This document shows, piece by piece, positions 45,026-59,696 of a DNA stretch of 64,000 nucleotides. The DNA comes from the human T2T-CHM13v2.0 reference genome, Homo sapiens, in the NCBI RefSeq assembly GCF_009914755.1, contig NC_060929.1, one strand, 5' to 3'. Both the position numbers and the translations under genes were made by a program. The notes under the pieces are model-generated. The model searched no databases. It was not told where the DNA came from and saw only the letters and a list, made by a program, of their open reading frames with translations. Position 1 is the stretch's first letter; each line of letters opens with the position of its first letter.

Positions 45026-45474
45026 TTATGATGCTTAATTTTATGTGTCAACTTGGCTAGGGTATGGCACCTAGATGTTTGGTCAATCACTAGTCTAGGT
45101 GTTACTGTGAAGTATTTTTAGATGTGATTAACATTTAAATCAGTGGACTTTGAGTAAAACAGATTAGCCTGCATAATGTGAATGGACCTCATCCAATCAG
45201 TTGAAGGATTTAAGAGAAAAAGATTGAGTTACCAGGAAGAAGAAGGAATTCTGCCTCCAGATTGTCTTTGGACTTGAGATTGCAACATCAACTCTATCCT
45301 GGGTCTCTAGGTTGCCAGCCTGCCCTTCAGATTTTGGACATTACAGCTCTCATAGTTGCATGAGTCAATTGTTTAAAATTAATATCTATGTTTCTCTCAT
45401 ACACACATACACAAACACACACATATGCACACACACTATTGGTCTTGTTTCCCTAGAGAACCCTAGACTAATGG
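45026..45474 (+). mobile_element. MLT2 (C/D-like) ERV-L solo LTR
   Basis: TTAATTTTATGTGTCAACTTGGCTAG...CTCATCCAATCAGTTGAAGG...(CA)n...CTAGAGAACCCTAGACTAAT. Confidence 0.92.
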
Positions 45475-45596
45475 AGACCTGCAGGAAGATTGGGGTTGTG
45501 ATACTAGTCTTCATTTAAAGGAAATGTTGCTACTCAAGTACTTTCCTTCTCCCACACCAGCTTTTCACCAAGTGTTGGTAAGAATCACCTGATGCT

Positions 45597-45900
<304 letters not shown>

Positions 45901-46539
45901 TTATCCTCATCCTCATGCAATGTTTAGTTTGTCTATTCTTATACTGAATACCTTTAGTTGATGGTCTCAGTGTTGGGGAAAAAAGAAGACTCCTGAAGGA
46001 AGAAGCAAACACCTGATAACAATGAGGTAAGACTTTCAGCCAGTATCCAGGTTCATTTGGCCAAATTTCTGATTCATCCTGTTGACCCAGTCAGGGCTTG
46101 AGTGTTGATGGACCCTACTCACTCAGACTCACAGGGCTCCTACTAGCATTGTTTTGTGAGTTTTAACCATAAGCTGTTTTTCCCCGGTCCCTGGCAGAGA
46201 CAGTCCACAGCCTCTATGACTGAATGGCTATGGCACTTACAAGAACTGTTCCACCTTCTTTCAACTCTTTAAATTTTACATTCGATGGAAGCATTTAAAA
46301 AGTTCAGGGTCCCCTCCATGCCAAGAATAGGCAGAAGGAAATGTAGTTATAGAGACTGGTCTCTAGTCTACCCTCTCCAGCTAAAAATGATTTCAAGCTG
46401 CTTCATATTGGCCCAAGATACCCTGGGAGGTGGTAACCTCCAAAGATCACTAATGGATAGAGACATTGGACTAATGGATAGGGGAATTTGGAATTCCTCT
46501 CAACCAATTTTTTTAATGCCTTGTAGACACTAAATCATG

Positions 46540-47082
46540 GTGCAGCAGGTATGCAATTCTCTCTTTAGTGAGTGGACATCCCCAGGAAATAAGGATGACT
46601 CATGTTAAGTCTTCTAGGCATGTCGTATACTTCTTTTAAAAAGCTATTTTGACTCACTTTTGAGGATCTACCTAGAGGCTAGTTTATCTTCTTGACCAGT
46701 TGCTTAAGTCCACCTCACAACCTCTTTTTTCACTGGGCTCTCACATGCGAGGGCCACGATGTTCCTCCCCTAATCACCCCAGAGCCAGGTGACAGGCAAC
46801 TAGGGACAGCCTCTATACCCCAGAGCCCAAGACATTATTCAAATTAGCCAATTCACTGGGAGCCTGAGCAACTTAGCTCACTCCACTCCACTTGCCATAC
46901 GTGAGTTGTCCCCAGCAGCTCCAGATTCTGTTATAAGTCTCTGGCGCAAACCCTTTGGTGGCCCTGCCTCGAAGCCTTCTCTATTTCAGAGTCCAAAATA
47001 ACACACAGTTCTGCTTTTATTCTATTCTAGTGTCAGTGTGTTGTGTCTCACTATCAAAAGGATATTTAAATCCTATAAAACA
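46540..47082 (+). mobile_element. MER73/MER74-family LTR
   Basis: CCCTAATCACCCCAGAGCCAGG...CAACTAGGGACAGCC...CCCCAGAGCCC...ATTATTCAAATTAGCCAAT...TTTAAATCCTATAAAACA. Confidence 0.75.
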
Positions 47083-47599
47083 GCATGCTAATGAAATAGA
47101 CACAAGGAAACTAGTGTTTTTGAGAGTATTTATATATTGCTTTTAGCAGAATGTATCAAGTCTGTCCAGATTAGTCTGGGATAAGAAATCCTGGTGCCTG
47201 ACTCCTTAGAAAATGTGATGTGTAGTATGTAAACATTATACAATAGAAATGTTTCATAACTGAGATGACCTCTACTTTATAAGTGGTGTAGACTCACTCA
47301 TAACATAAAGATTTCATATGTTAATCTAGGCTATGGATATTGTAAGAAAGGGCCTGAGTAACTACATTGATTTCTTCTTGCTTCACTGGTGTCTTAAAAT
47401 CATTAATAAAATTGCATGCTAAGTCACGTCTTTTATTCTTGTGATTCTCATAAGCAGTCTGATATTTTGTACTTTCTCCCCTGAGACAAAATCAAATCAA
47501 ATCAAAACAGAAATTACAACATATTAAGTAAACAGTCCTAAGGAAAAAAAAGTCACAATGTTGTGTATAAAAGATTTTCACTATTGTATAAAAGAGTAA

Positions 47600-50355
47600 G
47601 TTCCTATCCAACTAATTGCCTTACAAATAATAAGACCTCTGGTAAGTCTGTAAGAAACAACTGCCCGAGAGCTGCAGAAAGTGAAGAAATGCAGGCAGAT
47701 TTTAAAGGTGTTGAAATTTTCAGTAAATGACCAGCACTTTCTTGTTTTCTGTTTTTGTTTTGTTTTGCAGATACACCCTGAAAGAAACTGCAGTTGTGGA
47801 GGTGAGGTTATGTTTCTAAGTCCTTCATAGAAAGCCTCCATTTGTTTTGGTTGAAGAAATCAAGGGAATAATTCCAAGAGCCACAGAAAAGTGAGATAGT
47901 AAACTAGACAGGAGAAATACAGAGGAAATAAACTCAAAGTTTGTCTAAAACTATGCCCAAGTCAGGCTGATGCACAAATAACACTTGAGCAAGACAGACT
48001 AAAAGCTGATATAAACTTTAGCCCAACATAGATATGTCATAGTTTGAAATATAAGCAAATTAATTTCCTATAATAAAAATATCAATATTAGCTGGAGATA
48101 CATAACGGAATTTAGTGTTTCAAACATAATATTAAGTATGTTCAAGATACAATCTAAAATTTCTTTACATGAAAAGACTAAGGCAATGTAATCCATTGTC
48201 AACGGAACATACACTTTCCAAACGACTACTGTAAGATGATTCAGACTATAGAAGTATGAAACAAAGATTTTAAAGCAGCTATTATAACTGTTGCAAAATT
48301 AGCTAGAAAAACACATATTTATGATGAAAAGAATAAGAAATCTCCATAACAGAAACAGAAAATTAAAAAAGAACTAAAGAGTTCTAAAATTGTTAAAGGA
48401 AACACCATTTTAATAAAAAGTAAATCACTGGAAGGATGTAAAATGAAATAAATAAACACTATCTTAAAAAATTACTGGATGGCTGTAAAAGCAAAACAAA
48501 AGCAGAAGACAATAAGTCAATAAATTGGAAGAAAGATTAAGCAATCTGAAGAAGAAAGAAACAAACTTGGGAAGAAACCTAGAACTTCAGGAACATATGA
48601 AACAATATTGTATGATGAGTCCAACATACAGACAATTAGAGTCTCAGAAAGAAAGAAATGAGAAAGAGGAGATTAACATAAAAATAGAATAGCTGAAGAC
48701 CTCTCAAATTAATTGAAATATATACATTTATGGGATTAAGAAACTAAGCTACACATAGAGTAAATACAAAGAAAAAATCCTAGGCACATTACATAGTCAA
48801 AAGGCTGGGGAAAAAACAAACAAACAAACAAACAAATACAGAGATAAAGAGAAATTATTGGGTGCAGCCAAAGAAAATATACAGATGAGCAATAATTTAA
48901 ATGTCCATAGATTTCTCATCAGAATACGCAGAGAAAAGAAGACACTAGAACTAGAATTGTAAATAGATTAAAGAAAAAATGAACTGAGAATTCTATATAA
49001 AGCAAAAATATCATTCAAGCATGAAGGGCAAATGAAGAGTTTTTAGATGAATGAAAAGCTAGCATAGAATTAAAACTGTCATAAGAATGAACATGTAGAC
49101 AATTGAAACAGAATTGATAATCCAGAAATAAAACTTTTTATTTATGGTAAATTGATTTACAACAAAGGTGCCAAGGCAATGGCAATTTTTGAGAAATTGT
49201 GCAGGCTCAACTGAATAACTATATGGGAAAAAAAAGTTGTCTGTTACCTAACACTATACACAAAAATTAATTTAAATTGGTAACAGACCTGATGCAAGTA
49301 CTAAAATTATAGCATTTCTAGAACTTTTCATAGATGGCATGCAAAAAATCATGCATCATAAAAGAAAAAAACTAAGTTTTATAAAAATTTAAACTTTTGT
49401 TGTTCAAGAGATGCAATTAATAAAATTAAAATACAATACAAAATAGGAGAAATAGTTGCACTATATGTACTTTCCAAGGGATTTTTGTTTTTAAATATAT
49501 ACAGAACTCTCAAAACTCAATAATAAGATCAAAGTCAACCCACATAAAGAAAGCTTAAAGGATTTGAAAATATACTTCACCATAAAAGAGATACAAATGG
49601 CAAATAATCATATGAAAATATATTTTGTGTTGTAATTAGAAAAATGTAAGTTAAAACCATAAATGAGACCACACTATATATCTGTAAAAATAAAAGAAAT
49701 TATAAATCTAGAATATCAAATTTGATGAGGACATTTTACCAAATAGTGTTTCTCACAAACTTCTGGCAGGAATGTTAAAGGATACAAACGCTTAGGAAAA
49801 CAGTTGGCAGTAAACATACAGCTACCAAATACCCAGCCATTCCCCTTTTAGGCATTCACTTAAGACAAATAAAAGAACATATCCATAAAAAGACATGTGC
49901 AAGAATGTTCATGACAGCATTATTTGTAAGAGACAAAATTGAAAACCAACCTAATATCCATCAACAGGTGAATGGATAAACATATAATGTAATATAACTC
50001 AGCATTAAAAACATATTGATGCATGCAACAATATAGATGAAGCCTACACATCATTAGGCCAAAGTGAAAGGAAGCAAAAGAATACAGATTTGATTATTTT
50101 ATTTATATAAAAGTTTAGTAAAAGTAAATTAAACTATAATGACAGGAGACAGATTATTGGTTGTCTGGGGTTTGGGACAAAGAGACAGATACACTGCAAG
50201 AAGATATGAGATGTTTTGGTGGTGAAAAAATAGTCTTCAAATTGTCTGTGTTGTTAGTTGTACAGCTCATACTCTGAAATCATACATTCAATGGCCTATT
50301 TTAAATGCCTAGCGCTCATTGTATACAAAGTTTTTGTTAATAGAGTTGACTAAAA
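47600..50355 (+). mobile_element. Old L1 (L1ME/MD-like): 5'/ORF1 part joined to ORF2 C-terminus and 3' UTR
   Basis: ORF1-like AAAGATTTTAAAGCAGCTATTATAAC and GATTTCTCATCAGAA; ORF2-end CCAGAAATAAA...CAAAGGTGCCAAGGCAAT; 3' UTR ATCCATCAACAGGTGAATGGATAAAC. Confidence 0.85.
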
Positions 50356-50559
50356 AAAATTGGAGCTATAGCTAAATCTGAAAATTCAAGGTTTCAATCC
50401 TCAAGTACTCATGTAACTTAAAAAACAAATAATGTAAATAAATAAATGATGTGCCAATCTCAAGAACTGGGGGGGCAGGGCAAAATAAGCCTATGGGAAG
50501 CAAAGGGAAGTAATTGATAAGCATAAATGCATATTAACGATTAGAATATACAAATATAG

Positions 50560-50960
50560 CATTAATAAGTAAATTTAATAGCTAGCACTATGAAATAATC
50601 CAATTAAATAGATAAACCAATAGCTAATCTAATCAAACAAGAGAATACTTACATAGCCATACTGAGGAAACTAATTATAGGACAATATTTTACTCGACTC
50701 TGTTCAAATAAATTTGAAAATTGACTTCAAATTCTCAGAAAATATAAATTACCAGGAGAGCATACAATGTAAACAAACCAATTACCATGGTAGGATTTGA
50801 GAAAGCTGTCAAACTGTTCCTCTCCAAAATAAAACAAGACTCAAATTTTACACAAGTGATTCTATCAAACCTTCAAGATATAAATATTTTTTAGTGTTAT
50901 TTAAATGTTTCCAAACAGAAAAAGAAAGAAAAGCTCCCTCTCTTGTTTCCACCAACTTCT
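50560..50960 (+). mobile_element. Very old L1 ORF2 fragment
   Basis: GATAAACCAATAGCTAATCTAATCAA...AAATAAATTTGAAAA...GAAAATATAAATTACCA...TTCTATCAAACCTTCAAG. Confidence 0.7.
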
Positions 50961-51713
50961 CTTTTTAAGAAGTTAACAAACATGTCTTTACTTTTTTGTA
51001 TATGTTCTTGGCTTCTTCAAATGCTTACTGATTGCAGTAATGGGCTAAGTGGGTGATGGGTGGCTGCCATGGGCCAAGGGAACTATGGACAGCGGCCATG
51101 GAGTTCCTCTGTACATATGTATGCCTGTTGACTTCATGTGATTTCCCTTATCTCTGTCGGATGACTGACTGTAACCTCTGTGAAAATTGAGGAGATGAGT
51201 GAACAGGAATGCTTTCCTTTAGGAAACAGAGTGGTGGCAGACAAATCATGCTTGAACACCTCAAAACTGTTAAACCAAGAAAAGAGTTTCTCTGGAACTA
51301 AAGCAAAAGGGTATTTACTACTGAGTTGAGCTGCTATCCTATTTTTCTCTTCTACTCTTCTGGGGAGAAATAATCCCGTATAATTAGATGCTAATTCTTA
51401 TAATCCCCTTTTTTCCATTGAAATAATTAAATCAATTCATTTTCTTATCATTTGTGTCTAAATTCAGTTCATTCATTATTTGAATTTTAATATAAAGTGA
51501 CCTATTATGAATTAGTTGACTTTTATTGACCATAAAGTATTTTAATGGTTGCTGTCTATGATTTTTAGGGTTTTTCCTACTTAAAACATATTTATTTTTG
51601 TGTCTCAACCCACCCTACCTGAAAGCAATTATAACGTGATCAATGCTGAAGAAAAGGAAATGAAAGATGAAGCTGAACTTCAGTGAGCAATAAATAGTAG
51701 AACATTTTTCCAG

Positions 51714-51841
51714 ATTTTTTATTGGAACAAAATATACATAAATTAAATTTTACTACCTTAATAATTATTGTGTACAATTCTGTAGTATTAAGTGCATTAG
51801 TATTGTTGTACAACCATTACCATTCTCTATCTCTTGAACTT
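51714..51841 (-). mobile_element. L1MB-like 3' tip
   Basis: GTGTACAATTCTGTAGTATTAAGTGCATTAGTATTGTTGTACAACCATTACCA. Confidence 0.8.
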
Positions 51842-52766
51842 GACTAGATGCTTTGAAAAATGAATAAATATAAAACTGCATGGTGCTACTTAAAATTTTT
51901 TGTGAGATGTTGGTTGCAGGGAGAGAAGAGAAATATTTTAAATGTTTCAGAATAGTCACTCACAATTTGAATTGTAATAGTTTTTACAACCATTCATAGC
52001 TAGTTCTACCATTATAATAATCAAAACAGCTCAAATTAGATGTTTCTTTCTTGGAGAAAATTATTTCACCACTGTCAAAGTACTGATTATATAGATATGG
52101 TTAGAAGTAACACAACACCTTACAATTTAGGTTTTATACATAAGACTTAATTATAGAAAAAATGTAACTCAGAAATTTCAAACAAATGTATAAAATGACT
52201 CATTTTGCAGATGGTTACTACTTCAAAGAAAATTGCTGCCAAGAAGCACATAAAATTTTAAAATAAAAATCAGTATATGTCATTTCAAAGTTTTCTGAAT
52301 CATTGGTTGTTATTGATGAAATAAGAATTACAAATTGCCAGTTTTCAATAGACTTAAATTGGTGTTTGTGTATATATGTACATTTAGTGTATGATAACTT
52401 GATAACTTTTTGTGTCTGATGTCATACTCCAGAGTTTAAAAATAAATTCTCTTGAATCTTTTGTGTTTGGCTTTCTTCTAAGTGTAAGTTTTGTATTTTA
52501 ATCATAGAATGCACCATATATATCTCAATTTCACTTTGTATTTATATTTTACTTATTTAAAAGTAAGACATATCTATGTATTTAAATATTGTTTTATTAA
52601 TTTTTAACAGGTAGTTTTTTTCTCATTTTACAGTAGTCTTACAGAAATAATAAATATTTTAAATGCATAGTGTAATTGCCATCTAGAAAACGTGAGAAAA
52701 GGGAGAAGTCAGAGTCAGTGCTTTTGACCAACTAACAATAAATCAGAGCAACAAAAAGCATTTTCT

Positions 52767-53160
<394 letters not shown>

Positions 53161-53319
53161 TCAAATAGTTTGCTCCTTTTGCTTTACAAATTTTGCCTCT
53201 ATCTCCTCTCAGAAACTGAGTTAAGGCTTAGTCCAGTGATTGTACTTTTAAAAGTAATACTCTCTAATTTGAAGCATCTCAGCATGTATGCATGTTCACC
53301 ATCTCTCATGGCCTCCTAC

Positions 53320-53760
53320 GTCAATGAGATTTGGCCAAGAAAACAGAAACCGCACTAGATATTTTAGATGGGAAGGGATTGAATATAGGTGGCTTATTCG
53401 ACCATTGGAAGGCCTGAAATAGAGAAGGTTATAGAGACTTCTGCTGGCCCTGAGGGAACACAGGAGTACAAGGGGTGCAGGACCACTGTCCTGGAAGAAT
53501 TCAGCTGCCTGAACAGACTGAAATGGAAAATTTTGCTGAGGACAGCAAGAAACCGTTACTGAAGCCCCAAAACTGCTCTGATAATATCCACTGGTCTGTT
53601 CACAGCTTCTGCTGGTGAATAATTACTTTTGTTTCTCTTTCAATTTCTAAATTGTACATGATTGTCTCTGGCTACAAGAATCTAAACTGGAACCCTGTGG
53701 GTTAGGGGTCCTGGAAAACACAGATTCCGGCTTCTCCTTTAAAATACAGCAATGAATGTA
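53320..53760 (-). mobile_element. Ancient LTR (LTR78/79-like)
   Basis: GAAAACAGAAACCGCACTAGATATTT...GAATCTAAACTGGAACCCTG...GGGGTCCTGGAAAA. Confidence 0.5.
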
Positions 53761-55262
53761 GAAAATACAGAGTTGGTAAAGGTCATTCATCAGCATTCTG
53801 ACTGAAAAACTAAAAGAGGAATGTTTATGGAAGTTAAGATATAAAAACTCATTTCTGAGCTTTTTAGAGCAATAAAATGCAACCCCATTTTCCCCAACTC
53901 ATACGAAGTGTGTTTAATTTACATTTGGGTACTGTCTAACATAATACCAGAAAGTCAAACCTATTTCCAATGCAGTTAGTTGTTTCATGAGTTCAGAGGA
54001 TGGCCCTTCATATATTGCAGTACATATCATAAGTCTTGGGGATACAGTTACTTCAAGAGGCTCACACATCTGTGAAAGAGATGGGGAAGTGAAACAAATG
54101 TTATAAAATTGCCTTACAAATGATATGGTAAAGGTGTGTAGACGGCTGCAGAAAATCATGCAAGTAGCTAGAAGCAATTTATTATCAAATGAGTATGATT
54201 TCAAATTTAACTAAAACAATGAGGCTAATTTTGCCAAATAAAACTCAGTTTTATTACATTCAACTAAATAATGAGCTGTCTGATGTGTAACTGAAGGATT
54301 TGCAAGCACATGCTCAATTTATATTCAGTAGCAGACGTTTTAGGATTACAAAATTAGAAAAATTTTAAAAGATTACTTTGATTATCCCTTTCTCAGAAGC
54401 TTAAGACCTTAAATCCTCTCACTGGTCCCAACTAGTAAGGTAGATTAAATCTTTCTTACTCACACACAGATTTATAATTATTAGTGTTCCACACAAAGTA
54501 GCCATAGTCACTTAGAATCAGGATCAACTAACATTTTAGAGCAACTATAATGCTCTTGATTGCCTGGGACTTTATTTTGCAAATTCATTTAATTCATTTG
54601 ACATCAAAGAGTATACAGAACATGATATTGATATTTGTGTGTGTGTGTCAATGTATGTGCGTGTATGTTTGTGCTTGTATTACCAACAATCTACCATGTG
54701 CCTCTCTACTTCTATTATAACTCCTAAGTCTAAAATAATTATGCCTCTTTCTTTCTTTACAATAATCTATTGAGGTTATAGCTATTTCCATTTTACACTT
54801 CAAACATAAGGTTTGTGATCCATATTGGACCTTCCAGTTAGCTTATTTCACTGGTAGAAGTATAATTTCCTATATCATAATTCTTAAAATTGTAATTCTT
54901 AAAAATCATAATCATGATTCTTACCACATTTGTACTTGTTCAATCTACATCAGAACCTCCAGGCATTTTAGAAGTTAATATCCCCATTATACCTCATCAT
55001 CTACTCTTCAAACTATCTTAAGCAGTCATAAGTAGGGCTATCACCTTAGACTAAGTTGCCTGGAAATAGACTCTGAGATGGGGTGCCATGTGCAGAATTG
55101 TATTAGGAGGAGCCCTGAGTATCACTGTGAGGAAGGAGGGAAGGCATAAAGTGAGCATGGCAGAGCAAGACGCTCAGCTGTGAAGCACTGTAGTCAATCT
55201 GGTCCTGAGATGACCTTTCCAGGATATCCCAAATTGAGGCAAGAGGGCTGGCTCTTTGCATC

Positions 55263-55742
55263 CAAGGTTGGCCCTTGGCTGGTATCTGGGAAGCTGGATT
55301 TGAGGATAGCTATGCCTTCCCTAACGGATAAGTGTGATTCACTACGCCTGAACTATTGCTGCAAACAATATGATTTAGTATGATTATTTGCTTTTCTTCT
55401 GGGAGTCTGAAATTTTGGTGCATGCCAAGAAGAGGGTGCCTATGTGATTAGTCCCCAATAAAAACCCTGGGCCCTTATTTCCTAATGCGCTTCCCTGTTA
55501 GACAACATATTACACATATCACAATTCTTTGTTGGGGAAAATAAGCAGTTCTGGAGTGACTCCACTGAGAGCTCATGGCCTGATTTCCTCTGGACTTTCC
55601 CCCATAAGGCTTTTCCCTTTGCTGATTTTGCTTTATATCCTTTTACTATAATAAATTATAGCCATGAATACAATTATATGCTAAGTTTTGTGAGTCTTAT
55701 TAGCAAGTCATCAATACAGGAACTCATCCTGAGGACCACACC
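55263..55742 (+). mobile_element. MER68 LTR inserted in the ERV-L 3' LTR
   Basis: CAAGGTTGGCCCTTGGCTGG...GCAAACAATATG...CCCCAATAAAAACCCTGGGC...TTTTCCCTTTGCTGATTTTGCTTT. Confidence 0.85.
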
Positions 55743-55823
55743 CCAGGAGAGAGCTTCAACTTGCAGAAGGCAGTTCCCTATAGCAGAGGACAAATCTTAG
55801 TGATGACGCAGCTTTGAACACTA

Positions 55824-56240
<417 letters not shown>

Positions 56241-56872
56241 TCAGGTCCATGTGTCTCTTCTATAAGTGTGCTGTCTCTGTAAAGAGCTTTTCCAGAATTC
56301 TAGTTAGTCTTGTTTTCTGGAGCACTAAAAAAAGACAAGTTAGTGGGATGGAAGCACAGCCTCTACGGCTACAGTTGAACTCAGGTGCATAACAGAGGTT
56401 CATTAACCCTTCTTTGCTCTCTTTCTAAGGGACCTTCAAACTCTGAGGGCACCTTTACTTGTTTAAGCAGTTTTCTTGGTGAAGATCTCCCAGAATTCCA
56501 TCCCCGATGTTTCCAAATCACCACATACTATGCCTTTCTCAAACTGTGTTTCCTAAACTATCAATTTTTCTTTAAAACCAGGCATAATATCTTCAAGGGA
56601 TTCATTGGTGGATCACCTGAGCCCCAAACCTATTCTTCTTTGATCATGTTATATAATAGCAGTTTTACCTCTTTCTTATGATCGGAAAAAAACTACCCTT
56701 ATAAGTAAGGCAGATTTTTATTTGTCTTCTGGTCTTTCGGCATAAGGAGCCTAAAATGATAGGCCACTAGCTGTAACTTAAAATTCTGTAGAACTCTTGC
56801 TGTCTGTCCTGGTTGAAGCATTCATCTTTTAATGCTTCAACTGAGCCCTCTCAGCTTAAAAAGTCCAAAATG

Positions 56873-57298
<426 letters not shown>

Positions 57299-57509
57299 TC
57301 AATAATTTAGGGTTTAAATTATATTCTGGAATACTGAACTTTATAATATCAAAATATTCTTTTCTGTCTCATACTTCAACTACATCTTTAAAAAGTTGTC
57401 TCTCTATTACATCAGGGTGGCACCTTCTGGGTGAACCAATATGATAAAACAATCAGATCCCAATACATGGCCAGTTGCCACTGCTAATTTAACATAAAGC
57501 TGATCTCTT

Positions 57510-57825
57510 GGCTGGGCACGGTGGCTCACGTCTGTAAATCCCAGCACTTTGGGAGGCCGAGGTGGGCGGATCACGAGGTCGAGAGTTCAAGACCTGCCTG
57601 GCCAACATAGTGAAACCCCGTCTCTACTAAAAATACAAAAGATTAGCTGGGCATGGTGGCAGGTGCCTGTAATCCCAGCTACTCAGGAGGCTGAGGCAGG
57701 AGAATGGCTTGAACCCGGGTGATGGAGGTTTCAGTGAGCCAAAATTGCGCCATTGCACTCCAGCACAAGTGACAATGTGAGATTCCAACTCAGAAAAAAC
57801 AACCAACCAACGAAAAAGAAAAAAA
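57510..57825 (+). mobile_element. Alu SINE (AluSg-like)
   Basis: GGATCACGAGGTC variant; TSD core GATCTCTT on both sides. Confidence 0.96.
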
Positions 57826-59486
57826 TCGATCTCTTGTTCTGATTCAATGTTGTATGAGATCTTGTGTCAATAGATTGTGATTATGTTGACAATGGCCCTG
57901 TAGGCAACAAAGAAAATCTTATTCTAGGAATACATGTCAGTCTTATCCAAGGTGATTTGCTGTTCGTCCAGAGTAGGAGTCAAATGTAGTTAACTTGCCA
58001 CTAAACAACTGATTGCTTTCTTCGACGTATGGCTTCATACTGAGGGGTCAGGTTTAGTCTCTGTTACTGGATAAGTAAGAGTATCTAGATCAGACAAGTG
58101 GCAACCTATACGTTGTGCCCATGTCTTCCACAGAACTTCTCTATTCTTGTGCCCATAGTCTCATCACTGGGTCACAAATGACAACAGTGACTGAGATCAA
58201 TGGGCTAAATAGTTCTATTTGATTAATTGCAGATATTTCCTAGTGGTACCAAACATGACACAAAGAGCTTTGCATTGCATGGTCACTCCCATAGGTCCAT
58301 ATACATACCTCTTAGCCAGAAATTGTCACTGATCTTCCAATTTTTCTTCTTTCATGCCTGTGTTCAGTAATATAAGCCATCTGCCACTGTCCATGAGCCC
58401 AGATATATTCTTGCTGTATGCCACATTTCATTCTGCACAAAGTGGATGTCCAAGTGCATCATCTGAAGCTCTCCATTAGGGGAACTTTTCCGGCCTGGTC
58501 TCTTGAAGGCCTCACCTTACTTGGACTATAGCGTGACTCCAGTCTGCTTTTGGCTCATATTGTATCTTTTGACTCTCCTCATCCCTGGTCCTGGATATAC
58601 CACTTCTGTGTTACCATGGATTGCTTTTAGATTGTTCTGTTTTATAATTTGATAGATCATAGAGAACTCAGTGTTGGCTGAATGGTCACTTGGTTTACAG
58701 TGATTAGAAACACCATCTCTGTAACATGCCATGGGTGACTTTTCTAATGTGTATCGTTTTCTGCGTTAGTTTGCATGACTTTGCTCTAATACCCTAAACT
58801 TTTACATTGTGGTTCTCTTATTGGGGATTTATATTAACTCAGTATTAAATCCAAAGATATCTTTGGTACCATACATTTGCTGGACCAGATAGTCCAAAGC
58901 ACAGAGCAATGGAGCTTGGGCAAATTGCCAACCTTATTCTTCTTTGGACCATATGCAAAGATGTAGCCTTCTATATGTCACCCCAAAAGTCCCAAGTGTG
59001 AAATATGGTGTTCCTTAAACCTGAAAAGGCCTTTGCACTTCCTATCTAGTGTGGGAGGGCATGCCCATTTATATATCAGTCCACTTGATGCTGAAAAATT
59101 TTACTGATATGCCAGGTCCCTGAATCTTCATAATATTTACCTCTCATATATCTTACTTTATATTCTCCACCCCCGATACAACATCCTGTGCAAATAATTC
59201 ATCAAACCTCTTTTGGCTCCTGCTAGTACGGATTGACCAGGTACTTCAGGTTCTTTGCATATGATCTTTTCTTTCTTTCTACAGGTTCAACATGTCCTCT
59301 GTCAAGATACAGTGATCTGATTGCCAGAAGAGGAAACTGGTATAGATCCTGAGGGCAAGCAATGTTTTTATTGTAAGTCATTTGCCTCTCTTGGGGTTTC
59401 TGCTGGGTTTTCAGGAAGAGAGGTGTATCATTTGATACATTTGATAAGGGCAAGAGGGGAATATTTGGAGTTCAAATAATATAGAA

Positions 59487-59696
59487 CAGTGGTTCTCAAC
59501 CAAGAGTGATTTTCTGCTTTCTGAGGGTGAGCACACTTGGTTATGGCTGGAGACATTTTTAATTTTCACAGCTTGGGGGAGAGGGGTTTGGAGACCTGAG
59601 ATGTTGCTAACAATCTTACAGTGCACAGGTTTTAGCCTCCACAACTAAGAACTATTCAGTCCCAAATGTCAATAGTGCCAAGGTTGAAAAGCCTCA
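59487..59696. mobile_element. MER20 (hAT-Charlie) inside the ERV-L
   Basis: CAGTGGTTCTCAACC...CCCAAATGTCAATAGTGCCAAGGTTGAAAA; 8-bp TSD ATATAGAA / ATTTAGAA. Confidence 0.92.
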
